Below the pieces are notes generated by a model. That model worked only from the letters and a program-made list of their open reading frames with translations. It ran no database searches and was not told the origin of the DNA. Below, piece after piece: positions 39,086 through 49,609 of a DNA stretch of 64,000 nt. Position 1 is the first letter of the stretch, and each line of letters opens with the position of its first letter. Both the position numbers and the translations under genes were made by a program. Source of the stretch: Sporocytophaga myxococcoides (GTDB lineage: Bacteria > Bacteroidota > Bacteroidia > Cytophagales > Cytophagaceae); NCBI RefSeq assembly GCF_000775915.1, contig NZ_BBLT01000002.1:716384-780383 (forward strand), written 5' to 3'.

Positions 39086-39817
39086 TTAATTTTCTAATTT
39101 TTTGGTAGAGTCAATTGCAATTTTTGCTTTCAGGTGTGCAAGAGAATCGGCAATTAATGGATGTGTAAGACTGCCTTCCAGCGCCTTATTGATTTGATCA
39201 TCCACAGATTTATTATTATCTGCTATTTCTCCATAAGACTGTGCCAGCGCCTCTTCCTGATTTATTTTATCTTTCATTTTCTCCAGCATTCTTAGAGTAT
39301 TATTGGCATCAAGTCCTGCAAGTTTCTGGTTAAAATCTTTAGTACTCTTTGCAACTTTTACACGGGCTTTCAGAGTGTCAAGTTCACCTTCCCAACCATC
39401 TATTTTACTTTTTAGCAGTTTATTGTTGCTCTCAATTTTTGAGGCCATATCGTTGTATTGCTTTACAGTATTGCTTAATGTCTCTATCTGAGAAAGAGCG
39501 GAATGTCTTTTCATTAAAGCTTCACTTGCAAGTCTGTCCCCTTCAACAGGATCAAGACCGCCTGATTGAGCTTTCTGTAAGAGCAGCATTGCTTTATGCT
39601 CATATTCCAATGCTACTTTATTTTTTTCTTTCTGGTCGTTTTCCGCTTTTATGGCAAGGGCTTTAACCTCAGCAAGGCTTTTCAGTCCTTTGTTCAGATC
39701 TTCACGAAGATCCCGTAATCCCTGCTCAATCATATTAATAGGATTTTCAAGTTTATCAAGAGCAGCGTGTGCTTCAGCTTCACCAATTTTAAAAAGACGT
39801 TTGAACCAGTTTAACAT
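39086..39817 (-). CDS. pspA: PspA/IM30 family protein
   Basis: 243 aa all-helical. N-terminal MLNWFKRLFKIGEAEAHAALDKLENPINMIEQGLRDL is typical of PspA/Vipp1. Confidence 0.85.
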   Translation of the reverse strand: MLNWFKRLFKIGEAEAHAALDKLENPINMIEQGLRDLREDLNKGLKSLAEVKALAIKAENDQKEKNKVALEYEHKAMLLLQKAQSGGLDPVEGDRLASEALMKRHSALSQIETLSNTVKQYNDMASKIESNNKLLKSKIDGWEGELDTLKARVKVAKSTKDFNQKLAGLDANNTLRMLEKMKDKINQEEALAQSYGEIADNNKSVDDQINKALEGSLTHPLIADSLAHLKAKIAIDSTKKLEN

Positions 39818-39861
39818 TTTACAAATTTTAAGATATCCGATTTAATTGTATTGATTAACGG

Positions 39862-40209
39862 TTAATGCTGTCCGTTAAATTTTTTTTCAAAATAATTATA
39901 CGCCTCATTCAATTTCCTGGTTATTTCCTCAGCTATTTTGCGTTTCTCTTCAGAATGAACGTGTTTATCAGGATGATATTTCCTGATCAGCTCTTTATAC
40001 GATACTTTAATTTCACTAAAACCTGCACCATATTTCACCTCAAGATTGGCGCAGTATTCTGCTTCTTTCTTTAAACCCGGGTCCATTGGCTTTGTCGGAG
40101 GATGATCTGTGTTTTCAAACGAATCTTTTCCAATTTCTAAATCCTCTTTCGAAAGTTTTGTTTTCGGAAGGCTTGATTTCAGGATCTTGAAGAATCTTTT
40201 TATCAACAT
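39862..40209 (-). CDS. J-domain (DnaJ-like) protein
   Basis: …YKELIRKYHPDK… is the HPD J-domain signature. Confidence 0.7.
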   Translation of the reverse strand: MLIKRFFKILKSSLPKTKLSKEDLEIGKDSFENTDHPPTKPMDPGLKKEAEYCANLEVKYGAGFSEIKVSYKELIRKYHPDKHVHSEEKRKIAEEITRKLNEAYNYFEKKFNGQH

Positions 40210-40874
40210 AAAAAACTGTATTCCAATTTATAAAAAAATACTTACAATGAAAAATGTTAGTTGAATTATCCTATGAAGAATACTTGGGCAAATATTAAAG
40301 GATAAGATGCAAATAGGAGTATTTGTGATACCTCCTGTGATCCAGCAGATCTGTTGCTAACTTTATTAAAGGTAACTGAAGTTCTGTTTAATTTGAAATG
40401 GATAGAATGCTCAACTTGCACCTCCTTTTAAAAAGCCAAAGTCAGGTTTTTAAAACAAATTAAAGATGGTTCAGATGTCAGACTTATAATCAATGCTGAT
40501 CAATATCTCTCAGGTGACTGTATAACTGCAAAGTTTAAAATCCGGGAATGTGAATCCGGGATTTTTTCAATTTGGTATTTTTAAATGCCCAGGACTATGA
40601 TTTTCATACTAGGAAAGGATTTTTTTTCAAAGTCATTTTTAAATCAAATTTTTTACTGAATCTTCCAAGTTGTCGTAGTATGGAATATAGGTGTAGAATT
40701 TAACTTCCTCTCGCTTCTTTTTTTTTAAATGTTTAAACTATCCAATTTATTATCAGTTAAATACATTGGTGGGTTTAAAAAGATCAAATTTTTCTGGTAA
40801 AAATTATATTTTAATGGTTACATTTACTTTTGAAAAAGTATAAAGTTTTCATCCTCTAATTAAAAAGTTTCGAA

Positions 40875-43800
40875 ATGAGATACTCTAAAATCGAAAAGAT
40901 CATCTATGTTTTCGTTGCTATTATGCTTACTTCCAATGTAGGGCAGACCCAGATTAATACTCCATCTGGTGCAACTAAACCATTCGGTTCCAACGCATCC
41001 TATGCATATGGAATGATGCCTTCGAACCTTCCCACCACCGGAAGTTATGGCAAAGCATCTGAAATAGCCTCTATATATAATCAATGGAAAACGGATTATG
41101 TGGAAAATTGTGGCAGCGATAGGGCACGAGTTAAATTTGATAATACAAGCCAAACAGTTTCAGAAGGGATTGGATATGGTATGTTATTAGCAGCATATGC
41201 AGCGGATAAGGACTTGTTTAACAGGCTTTGGGCATATTATAAATCGCATAGAAATGCTAATGGGGTTATGCACTGGAGAATTGATGGATGTAATAGTGTG
41301 AGTGGGCAAAATGGAGCTACGGATGCAGAGTTGGATGCTGCCATGGCATTGATCGTTGCCAATTATCAATGGCCTAATACAACTTCTCCTCACCCATATA
41401 AATCTGATGCGGTAGCTTTAATAAATGCCATAAAAAACCATGAAATCAATAAATCTGATGGAACTTTCGAGAATGGAGATATGTGGAAGCCTGCTTGCCG
41501 GAATCCATCTTATCAGGCTCCTGGATATGCCAGAGTATTTAAGGTGTTTATGGCAGAAAATGGAAATGCAGATAATGCATTTTGGGACAATGTAGTGGCG
41601 AAAACAGAAGGTTTATTGATAAACAATGCACATTCTTCCTCTGGCTTGGCTACTAACTGGTGTACACCACAAGGACCTCCTAGTGACGCATGCAGCGGGT
41701 CTGGAACTAGACCTGATAAATTCGGGTTTGATGCCTGCAGAGCGCCCTGGAGACAGGCCACGAACTATATTTGGTTTGGTTCTTCAGGAATGCAGACGAT
41801 CATTAATAAACAGGCTGATTTATGGATAGGAAAAGGGGGAGCCGGTTCTGTTCAAGGTGGAGATAATATGAATCACGATGGCAGTGGATCAGGTTATCAT
41901 AATTCAGCCTTCGTAGGCATGGTTGGAGCTATGTCTTTGGCAGCTTCTAATACATCTGCTCATCAGAGTTTCTGCAACGCAATGTACAGTGAGAATAAAA
42001 ACAGTAATCTGGCTCCGAATTACTTTTCAAAGATCCTTCAAATGATTGGATTGTTTGTACAAACGGGTAATTTCTGGAATCCATATCAGGCAGGTGGAAC
42101 AAACAATGAATCTCCAACGGTATCTTTAACTTCTCCGCCAGGAAATATTACTGTTTGCCTGGGAGCAGGTATTTCACTGGCAGCAAATGCGACGGATTCG
42201 GATGGTACAATCAGCAAAGTAGAGTTTTATAATGGTACTACATTAATCACGTCCATCACTTCTTCTCCGTATTCATACAACTGGACTAATGCTCCGGCTG
42301 GCACACTTACTGTAACAGCAAAAGCTTATGACAACAATAATGCAGTCACTACTTCTGCTTCAAGAACTATTACTGTCAACAATTCGCCAGCAGCGCCAGG
42401 GGTAACCGCCAATGTTAATTATTGTCTGGGAGCTTCCGCTTCAGCTTTAACAGCTACAGGAACCTCATTAAAATGGTATACGCAGGCTACAGGGGGAACT
42501 TCCAGTACAACTGCTCCCACACCTTCTACAACTTCCGCAGGCACTCAAACTTATTATGTGTCTCAGACTACCAATGGATGTGAAAGTTCAAGAGCGAGTA
42601 TAACTGTGACCGTATCTCAAGCAACAGCACCGACAGTTACTTCACCTATAAATTATTGTCAGGGAGCAACAGCTTCTGCTTTAACAGCCACAGGAAACTC
42701 TTTAAAATGGTATACGCAAGCAACCGGAGGAACTTCCAGTACAACTGCGCCTACACCTTCTACAACTTCAACAGGCACTCAAACTTATTATGTGTCTCAG
42801 ACTATCGGCGGATGTGAAAGCCCAAGAGCAAGTATAACTGTTAATGTTTCTCAGTTACCCGTAGCTCCTGTTGCGACTTCTTCCATTAGTTATTGCCAGG
42901 GGGCAACCGCTTCTGCTTTAACTGCGTCAGGAGCTTCCTTGAAATGGTATACGGTTGCTACAGGTGGTACTTCTAGCACAACAGCGCCGGTACCTACAAC
43001 AACTGTTGCAGGAACTCAGACTTTTTATGTCTCTCAATCATCAGGAGGATGTGAAGGCCCAAGAGCAAGTATCACTGTAACTGTTATTCAAAGTTCAGCC
43101 CCGGTTGTAACTTCTTCAATAAGCTATTGTCTGGGAGCAACTGCATCAGCTTTAACAGCAACAGGTACCTCATTGAAATGGTACACCGTGCCATCTGGCG
43201 GAACTTCTTCTGGGACAGCACCAATACCATCAACAGCGTCTGCAGGTACTCAAACTTATTATGTCTCTCAGACTTCCGGTAATTGTGAAAGTCCAAGAGC
43301 AGCCATAACTGTTACAGTCATCCAGACAGCCGTTCCGGTTGTAACTTCTCAGGTAAATTATTGTCAGGGAACTCCGGCATCTCCGTTAACTGCTTCAGGA
43401 ACTTCTTTAAAGTGGTATACTGCAGCTACAGGTGGTACATCAAGCACAACAGCGCCTACACCTTCTACTACAAATACCGGAACTCAGAATTATTGGGTTT
43501 CTCAAACGGGTAATGGATGTGAAAGTCCTCGCGCTCAGATAACCGTGTCTGTCGGAGCAGCAACTGCTGCACCTACTGTAGTCTCTCCGATTTCTTATTG
43601 CCAGGGAGTTACCTCAACAGCTTTAAATGCTTCAGGTACAAATCTTAAATGGTATACTTCAGCTACAGGCGGAACAGGATCAGCTGTTGCACCTACTCCT
43701 TCAACTCAGGTAGCAGGTACTACATCTTATTATGTTTCTCAGACAGGAAGTGGCTGTGAAAGTGCCAGGACAGAAATTAAAGTTACTATAAAAGCTGCTC

Positions 43801-44879
43801 CTTCTGCACCGTCGGTTCAGACTCCTATTGTTTACGGATTGTCAGAATTATCAATACCATTAACAGCTTCAGGCACCAATCTGAAATGGTATACAACTCA
43901 GACAGGAGGAACAGGTTTGGCAGTGGCACCTACTCCTTCAACAACTGCTGTTGGAACTACTACCTATTATGTAAGTCAGACCAATGCCGAAGGCTGTGAA
44001 AGTTCAAGAGCTGCAATTGTTGTTAATGTGTTGGATCTTCTTCCGGTATACAGAGCAGCTGCAGCCCCGGTTATTGATGGTGAGGAAGATGATATATGGA
44101 GTAGTGCGGTGGAAAAAAATATCTCCAAAGTAATATTGCCTACAGTATCCAGTACTGCAGATTTGTCAGGAACATTCAAGGTTCTATGGAATGATCAGTA
44201 TTTCTATCTTTTAGCAGATATTACAGATGATGTAAAAATCAGTGACAGTGATCCTGTTTATGAAGATGATGGTGTAGAATTATTTTTCGATATAGGAAAT
44301 AATAAAACATCAACTTATCAGAATAACGATGTTCAGTACACTTTCAGATGGAATAGCACCACTGTATCTTCCAATCCGGCAGGAAGATCTGTTGCAGGAA
44401 TTAATTATTCCATGAAAGCAACTACTACTGGATATGTTTTTGAGGTAAGAATTCCATGGTCATCCCTTCAGGCTTCTCCGCTTGCTGGTCAATTGCACGG
44501 GTTTGATATTCATATTAACGATGATGACAATGGAGGTGGTCGTGATGGAAAAATGTCGTGGACATCAGTTAATGATGATGCCTGGCAAAATCCTTCTCTC
44601 TTTGGAACAATGCTTCTTAAAGAGCTTCCGGTTGTAGCTGGGATACCAAATGGAAATATCTCCGGACTAAAATATTATCCTAATCCTTTCAGTAACTTTG
44701 TAGAAATTGAAGGATTGAGCGGAGAAGTAAGTTACTCATTGGTTAATATAAATGGTCAAACCGTTCAATCGGGAAAAACAACTGGAAAAATCAATACAGA
44801 TTGTATACCGGGGGTTTATAGTTTAATTCTCAATTTGGATTCCGGAAATCAGTATATTAAACTGGTTAAAGTAGATTAA
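40875..44879 (+). CDS. GH8 glycoside hydrolase with Ig-like tandem repeats, CBM9-like module and T9SS C-terminal sorting domain
   Basis: GH8 catalytic region …QTVSEGIGYGMLLAAYA…. Nine ~85-aa Cys-pair repeats (YCxGA.ASALTA.G.SLKWYT…TQTYYVSQT.NGCES.RA.ITVTV). CBM9-like …APVIDGEEDDIWS…LWNDQYFYLLADITDD…. C-terminal T9SS CTD. Confidence 0.8.
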   Translation: MRYSKIEKIIYVFVAIMLTSNVGQTQINTPSGATKPFGSNASYAYGMMPSNLPTTGSYGKASEIASIYNQWKTDYVENCGSDRARVKFDNTSQTVSEGIGYGMLLAAYAADKDLFNRLWAYYKSHRNANGVMHWRIDGCNSVSGQNGATDAELDAAMALIVANYQWPNTTSPHPYKSDAVALINAIKNHEINKSDGTFENGDMWKPACRNPSYQAPGYARVFKVFMAENGNADNAFWDNVVAKTEGLLINNAHSSSGLATNWCTPQGPPSDACSGSGTRPDKFGFDACRAPWRQATNYIWFGSSGMQTIINKQADLWIGKGGAGSVQGGDNMNHDGSGSGYHNSAFVGMVGAMSLAASNTSAHQSFCNAMYSENKNSNLAPNYFSKILQMIGLFVQTGNFWNPYQAGGTNNESPTVSLTSPPGNITVCLGAGISLAANATDSDGTISKVEFYNGTTLITSITSSPYSYNWTNAPAGTLTVTAKAYDNNNAVTTSASRTITVNNSPAAPGVTANVNYCLGASASALTATGTSLKWYTQATGGTSSTTAPTPSTTSAGTQTYYVSQTTNGCESSRASITVTVSQATAPTVTSPINYCQGATASALTATGNSLKWYTQATGGTSSTTAPTPSTTSTGTQTYYVSQTIGGCESPRASITVNVSQLPVAPVATSSISYCQGATASALTASGASLKWYTVATGGTSSTTAPVPTTTVAGTQTFYVSQSSGGCEGPRASITVTVIQSSAPVVTSSISYCLGATASALTATGTSLKWYTVPSGGTSSGTAPIPSTASAGTQTYYVSQTSGNCESPRAAITVTVIQTAVPVVTSQVNYCQGTPASPLTASGTSLKWYTAATGGTSSTTAPTPSTTNTGTQNYWVSQTGNGCESPRAQITVSVGAATAAPTVVSPISYCQGVTSTALNASGTNLKWYTSATGGTGSAVAPTPSTQVAGTTSYYVSQTGSGCESARTEIKVTIKAAPSAPSVQTPIVYGLSELSIPLTASGTNLKWYTTQTGGTGLAVAPTPSTTAVGTTTYYVSQTNAEGCESSRAAIVVNVLDLLPVYRAAAAPVIDGEEDDIWSSAVEKNISKVILPTVSSTADLSGTFKVLWNDQYFYLLADITDDVKISDSDPVYEDDGVELFFDIGNNKTSTYQNNDVQYTFRWNSTTVSSNPAGRSVAGINYSMKATTTGYVFEVRIPWSSLQASPLAGQLHGFDIHINDDDNGGGRDGKMSWTSVNDDAWQNPSLFGTMLLKELPVVAGIPNGNISGLKYYPNPFSNFVEIEGLSGEVSYSLVNINGQTVQSGKTTGKINTDCIPGVYSLILNLDSGNQYIKLVKVD
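42380..44030 (+). repeat. nine near-identical ~255-bp in-frame tandem repeats inside the GH8 gene
   Basis: The repeated DNA units …tattgtc/cagggagc…ttaaaatggtatac…caaacttattatgtgtctcagac…tgtgaaag… are visible directly in the sequence. Confidence 0.75.
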
Positions 44880-44905
44880 TTTATAAAGGTATAATTATAA
44901 TTAAA

Positions 44906-44938
44906 AAGGTGCATTGTAATTCGATGCACCTTTTTTTG
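44906..44938 (+). terminator. rho-independent terminator after GH8 gene
   Basis: aaggtgcat-tgtaattcg-atgcacct followed by T7. Confidence 0.7.
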
Positions 44939-45055
44939 TTTTATAAAGGCTTTATTTAATTCATATTTAAAGAGTAAATTGTGTATGTTTCAGGTTAATG
45001 ATTAAATTTCAGACTATGAATTTTTCAATATACTTTTGTTAAAATAATTATCTCT

Positions 45056-46654
45056 ATGTATATCCTTTTTCCCGGTCGTCATCAGCTGCTCACAGATTTT
45101 CAGTTTAAGTATTTATATAGAATTATTCAGGCTGGACTTGAAAATGAAGTTGACGTTTATGGCAATCCACTTGGTATTTCAGAGAGAATAAAAGCAATCA
45201 TTTTTGCTGTGACTTCTGCCAATCATTCCAATACAAGACGAAACCCATTGCCATTCTATCTCAGGGCAATAGCATTGGAAACCTTTTCGGATAATCTGAA
45301 CATTCCTTCTTACATCTACGGAATTGAAGATGTAGGTAATAGGGATGATTTTGCAACTTATACAATCAAGCGAATAAAGCATGAGAGTGACGGCCATATT
45401 GATATGAAGCCTGAAAATACTGTTGTGGTGTGTTCCACACCTGTGATGAATATGTATCAGAAGCTGGGATTTAGAATTTTGCCTGCTGAACTGGAAGATG
45501 TAAAGACCTGGAGATTGTTGACTGATCAACCTTGGGATCTGGTAGAACATGTTGCTAAAGGAATTGAGGACTGGAGAACAGATAAACATCTTCTTAGTAA
45601 AATTCATCCTGCATCTTATAACGTTTGGTTGCGTTATAATGTCGGGGGTAAGGTCCGGATTTTGTTTAGTGATAAGATCGTAGGTGAAGACGGAGATATC
45701 ACAGCAACACGGGACTATAACTCTTATGTAAGGCAGATGGATGAAATAGCAGAGATGAAATATAATGATACTGCCATTCATGTGAAGCCGGGCAGAATAG
45801 GGGATATCGGGTGTGCAGTAGGATCATGGATTAAGTTAGCATGTCAGGATGCGCGTCTGAGAGAATCTGATTTTTATGGAATTGAAGTATCGCGCCATTT
45901 ATTCGAAATTTGTCAGCAAAGAAAAAATAATGGAGAGTTTCAGAATCCTTTTGTGTTTTTTGCCCAGAAGAATGCGGTGACAGGATTGGTATTTGATCAA
46001 AGATCCATGAATACCATCTTCACATCTTCGCTTACTCATGAGATAGAGTCGTATGGCTCCAGAGAAGACTTGATTAAGTTCATTAAAAATCGTTATGATG
46101 AATTGATGATCGGTGGCGTATGGATCAATAGAGACGTTGTAGGACCTGAGAATAAAGAGGAGGTTGTTTATATGGATCTGAATAAGAATGATGGAAGGAA
46201 CGATGATTTTGAACTGGAGATTACAGAAAGAACAGAGTTGTCAAAGTATCTTGAAGGTCTTTCTACTTATGGAAGGTTTAGAAGATTCTCAAGAGACTTT
46301 AGAAGAAAGGAGGGGTATCATCTGGAATATCATGAGAAAAGCATCAATGGTCAATCTTTAATAGAGCTTACACTCAGAGATGCAACAGAGTTTATAACTA
46401 AGAAGGATTATACAGACAACTGGATGAGTGAGATGCACGAAACCTTTGCCTTCTGGTCTTTCAGCGAGTGGAAAGCAGAAATGGAAAAAACAGGATTTGA
46501 AGTAAGCACACAGTCTGTAGTCTTTTCCAATCCATGGATTGTCGAGAACAGGTTTAAAGGTAAAGTTGAGTTGTATAGAATAGAAAATGGTAATCTTTCT
46601 TTAATGGATTACCCAGTGACAAATATGTTTCTGATAGCAGAAAGGAAAATATAA
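45056..46654 (+). CDS. hypothetical two-domain protein: N-terminal nucleotidyltransferase-like alpha/beta domain and C-terminal class-I SAM-methyltransferase-like domain
   Basis: N-terminal LFPGRHQLLTDFQFKYL is reminiscent of, but degenerate from, the GRFQP.H.GH cytidylyl/adenylyltransferase motif. Central …GRIGDIGCAVGSW… is Gly-rich, like a SAM-binding loop. Confidence 0.35.
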   Translation: MYILFPGRHQLLTDFQFKYLYRIIQAGLENEVDVYGNPLGISERIKAIIFAVTSANHSNTRRNPLPFYLRAIALETFSDNLNIPSYIYGIEDVGNRDDFATYTIKRIKHESDGHIDMKPENTVVVCSTPVMNMYQKLGFRILPAELEDVKTWRLLTDQPWDLVEHVAKGIEDWRTDKHLLSKIHPASYNVWLRYNVGGKVRILFSDKIVGEDGDITATRDYNSYVRQMDEIAEMKYNDTAIHVKPGRIGDIGCAVGSWIKLACQDARLRESDFYGIEVSRHLFEICQQRKNNGEFQNPFVFFAQKNAVTGLVFDQRSMNTIFTSSLTHEIESYGSREDLIKFIKNRYDELMIGGVWINRDVVGPENKEEVVYMDLNKNDGRNDDFELEITERTELSKYLEGLSTYGRFRRFSRDFRRKEGYHLEYHEKSINGQSLIELTLRDATEFITKKDYTDNWMSEMHETFAFWSFSEWKAEMEKTGFEVSTQSVVFSNPWIVENRFKGKVELYRIENGNLSLMDYPVTNMFLIAERKI

Positions 46655-46686
46655 ATTTTATTCAAAAGGAAATAAGACTGCTATTC

Positions 46687-46974
46687 TTATTTCCTTTCAT
46701 TTTCTTTCATATTTTTTCTAATACTATCAGCCTGCTCCAAAAACCTGTTGATATGGTAAAATTCCTCTGCTATGTGAGAAAGGTTTTTCTCCTGATCTTT
46801 CCTGTTGAAGAAAATTAAATGTTGAATAAATACCTCCCATAAAGTTTTTTGAAATTGAGCCGGTGAAATGTGTGCAAAAAGATTTTCTGTAGCCCTTAAA
46901 AGTTTTATGTGTTCTTCTTTCAACAGATAGACCGAAGGCTTTTCGGAAGAAAGCGGTAGCTCGTTGTTGTTCAT
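46687..46974 (-). CDS. hypothetical protein (95 aa)
   Basis: Charged, helical-looking ORF. Preferred over the overlapping alternative frame 46727-46981. Confidence 0.3.
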   Translation of the reverse strand: MNNNELPLSSEKPSVYLLKEEHIKLLRATENLFAHISPAQFQKTLWEVFIQHLIFFNRKDQEKNLSHIAEEFYHINRFLEQADSIRKNMKENERK

Positions 46975-47116
46975 GATACAATTTTTATTGATTAACAGTG
47001 TGCTTTGTCTCTGAAATTCAAGTGCAATTATAAAATTTTAATTTTTAGTTTGCTACTAAATAATAGGAATTATTTCATGGTAACTTTTTAAGAGCTTTTC
47101 TTATTGTTTTGTTTAT

Positions 47117-47395
47117 ATGGCAACAGCAAAAAAGAAGGTGACAGCTAAGAAGGTAACTTCTTCCTCGAAAAAGAAAGTGACTCCAGAAGTATCCAAATTG
47201 GCGACCAGAATTAGGTCTCTAAGAATAAAACAGGGATATACTAACTATGAAAATTTTGCATTTGATAAAGACTTACCAAGGGCTCAATTTGGTAGATACG
47301 AAAAAGGAGAGGATATACGTTTTACCAGTCTGATGAAAGTCATAAAGGCATTTGGAATGACTCCTAAAGAATTTTTCAGTGAAGGATTTGATTAA
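47117..47395 (+). CDS. XRE-family HTH regulator with Lys-rich N-terminal tail
   Basis: …LATRIRSLRIKQGYTNYENFA…SLMKVIKAFGMTPKEFF is a Cro/C1-type HTH. Confidence 0.6.
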   Translation: MATAKKKVTAKKVTSSSKKKVTPEVSKLATRIRSLRIKQGYTNYENFAFDKDLPRAQFGRYEKGEDIRFTSLMKVIKAFGMTPKEFFSEGFD

Positions 47396-47416
47396 AATTG
47401 CTCTAATTCTATAATT

Positions 47417-48169
47417 ATGAAATCATTTAACTTTTTTTTGCTACCCGCATTTTTTTTTATAACCTCATTTATCTCTCTGAATGACTTCCTTTCTGAGCAA
47501 AAGAAATTTGAACGTGTAAGAACTGCATATAAGGAAAAAGGAACTTTTATTGAGGAGCAATTAAAGAAATCAAACATCCGTATTGGTGAATTGCAGATCT
47601 TGATTACTGTTTATAAAGAAGAGCAGGAGTTGGAGATTTATGTAAAAAACAGAAGTGATAAAAGTTATAAAAAACTTTTAACTTATAAGATCTGCGAAAG
47701 CTCTGGTGTATTGGGGCCTAAAAGAAGAAAAGGAGATTATCAGGTTCCTGAAGGTTTTTATTACATTGACAGATTTAATCCCGCAAGTAGTTTTTATTTA
47801 TCCCTTGGTATAAATTATCCTAATAAATCAGATAGAATTAAAAGCAGTGCGAAAGATCTTGGAGGGGATATATTTATTCATGGAGAGTGTGTAACCATTG
47901 GCTGTATGCCGATGACCAACGATAAGATAAAGGAAATTTATCTGTATGCAATACAGGCCAGACAGAACGGTCAGAATCAAATCCCTGTAAATATTTATCC
48001 TTTTAGAATGACTGATGAAAATTTCAAAAAGTATGAGTCGAAATATAAAGATGATAAGGCTTTGATTGGGTTCTGGACTAATCTCAAAACTGGCTATGAT
48101 AAATTCTTCAAGGATAAATTGACTATGAAAGTAACTGTTTTAGAGAATGGAGATTATCGTTTTAACTAG
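47417..48169 (+). CDS. L,D-transpeptidase (YkuD-fold) family protein
   Basis: …GDIFIHGECVTIGCMPM… matches the catalytic H…G…C region of L,D-transpeptidases. Signal peptide present. Confidence 0.6.
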   Translation: MKSFNFFLLPAFFFITSFISLNDFLSEQKKFERVRTAYKEKGTFIEEQLKKSNIRIGELQILITVYKEEQELEIYVKNRSDKSYKKLLTYKICESSGVLGPKRRKGDYQVPEGFYYIDRFNPASSFYLSLGINYPNKSDRIKSSAKDLGGDIFIHGECVTIGCMPMTNDKIKEIYLYAIQARQNGQNQIPVNIYPFRMTDENFKKYESKYKDDKALIGFWTNLKTGYDKFFKDKLTMKVTVLENGDYRFN

Positions 48170-48528
48170 TTTCAGAAGCATTCTTGAAATCAAATTTAAA
48201 ATCGGGAACACCTTGTTCAATTGCTTTTGAAATTTTCAACTAATTAGCCGAGTATAGCGCTTGTAACAGAGTTCTAATAATTATAATTTCAAGAGGTAAG
48301 TAACTTTTAGCCTTCTTTTGATTCCGGCTTTTATTAACTTCAAAAAAGTTCTCAACTATCTTAATATTTTGAATTATAATAGTGCTTTATAAATTCACAT
48401 TTGAAAATTAGAAATTGTTGGATCCTCCTGAAGTATAGAGATTGAAAACATTATTAAAGTTAATTTGATATCAAAAGGGGAAATAAAGAAAAAAAATCCT
48501 GTTTTGTCAACAGGATTTTACTAACTAA

Positions 48529-49029
48529 TTAAGCATAGGTAAGAGCTTCAGCACCCAGCTGTTTAAGAAACCCGTGCATGCCTCCATTTGTAAGTCTTTC
48601 AACAGTGACCATTATTATTTTATCACCTTTAAATGTTACTGTAAAATTTTCTTTTGGATTCATTGCTTTTTTATTTGTTGGTGGAATAGCAGGTTTACCA
48701 GCATAGATACTAGGCATTTCATGTGTGAAGGTACCACTTGCCTGTATTACACCGTTTACAAGGTTTCCTCTTTCCGATAAATCTCTGATGTTAAATTTAA
48801 AATCAGGAACACCGATGCATAATTTCTCCTGAAAGTCCATCCATTCTTCTTTTCCCATTGGCTGCTGAGGTGCACCTAATAACTGGAAACCTGGTAATAA
48901 ATAACTTTTGGCTTCCTCGAAATTACCCTGTTCCATTAAGCCATAAAATTTTTTTACAATCTCAATCTTCTCCATAAAGAAATCTTTATTAGAAGAACCG
49001 TAATGAATTAAGATTTGTTGAAGCTTCAA
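48529..49029 (-). CDS. NTF2-like/SnoaL-like small protein, hypothetical
   Basis: ~150-aa alpha+beta pattern beginning …IEIVKKFYGLMEQGNFEEAKSYL…. The true start is probably the internal Met at 48975. Confidence 0.35.
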   Translation of the reverse strand: MKLQQILIHYGSSNKDFFMEKIEIVKKFYGLMEQGNFEEAKSYLLPGFQLLGAPQQPMGKEEWMDFQEKLCIGVPDFKFNIRDLSERGNLVNGVIQASGTFTHEMPSIYAGKPAIPPTNKKAMNPKENFTVTFKGDKIIMVTVERLTNGGMHGFLKQLGAEALTYA

Positions 49030-49461
49030 TTGTTGTAAGGAAATAAGTCCTATTCAGGAAACAGAAACGTACTTAATGTGTTATTAAGTCTTGTAAGAAA
49101 GTTGAATGCTAAGCCTGATATAGCTCCAACCAAAGAGTTTCAGAATCTCGTGGATAATTCCTTTGTATTCATTGATATCAATCAGGAAGACATTCAGGCT
49201 GTAACCTTTTATGGATGGCTCAAAGTTAAATGCAGAAGATGAAGTATTATGAGGATTTGCTTGAACTTGTTAAAAGCTGAAAGTTGAAAGCAAAAAGCTT
49301 AAAGTTTAAGGAATAAAGTGATTGTTAGGTTTAATAATAAAGCTACAAAGTTGCCAATCGTTTTCTATAGCAGATGGAATAATTTTTAAGCAGCAAAACT
49401 AAAGTCCATCTCCTTTAGGACATGGCCCTCAACTTAACGGAAGGTCATATAGAACTTTTGG

Positions 49462-49535
49462 TTTTGTCATCCCGAGGAACGAGGGATCTAGGTTTCTTTA
49501 TGCCTCAGGTCCTTCTCAGGGTCAGGATGACAAAG
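49462..49535. repeat. 10-bp inverted repeat enclosing ~50 nt (possible terminator or small structured element)
   Basis: tttgtcatcc (49463-49472) pairs with ggatgacaaa (49525-49534). Confidence 0.25.
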
Positions 49536-49609
49536 AAGTTCATCTTATTATTAACAATACTTGTCAGAATGAGTCTGTAATGCTAAGATGACTATGTCCT
49601 TAGGTTACT

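Noticed and set aside
40540-40575. Apparent hairpin aaatccgggaatgtgaatccgggatttttt upstream of the GH8 gene
   Set aside because: The two CCGGG blocks are direct repeats. Only the self-complementary CCGG core can pair, so this is not a real stem-loop.
46727-46981. Alternative-frame 84-aa ORF overlapping the 95-aa ORF on the same strand
   Set aside because: Its composition (RKAFGLSVERRTHKTFKGYRK…) looks like out-of-frame translation. The 95-aa frame looks more protein-like, and both are low confidence.
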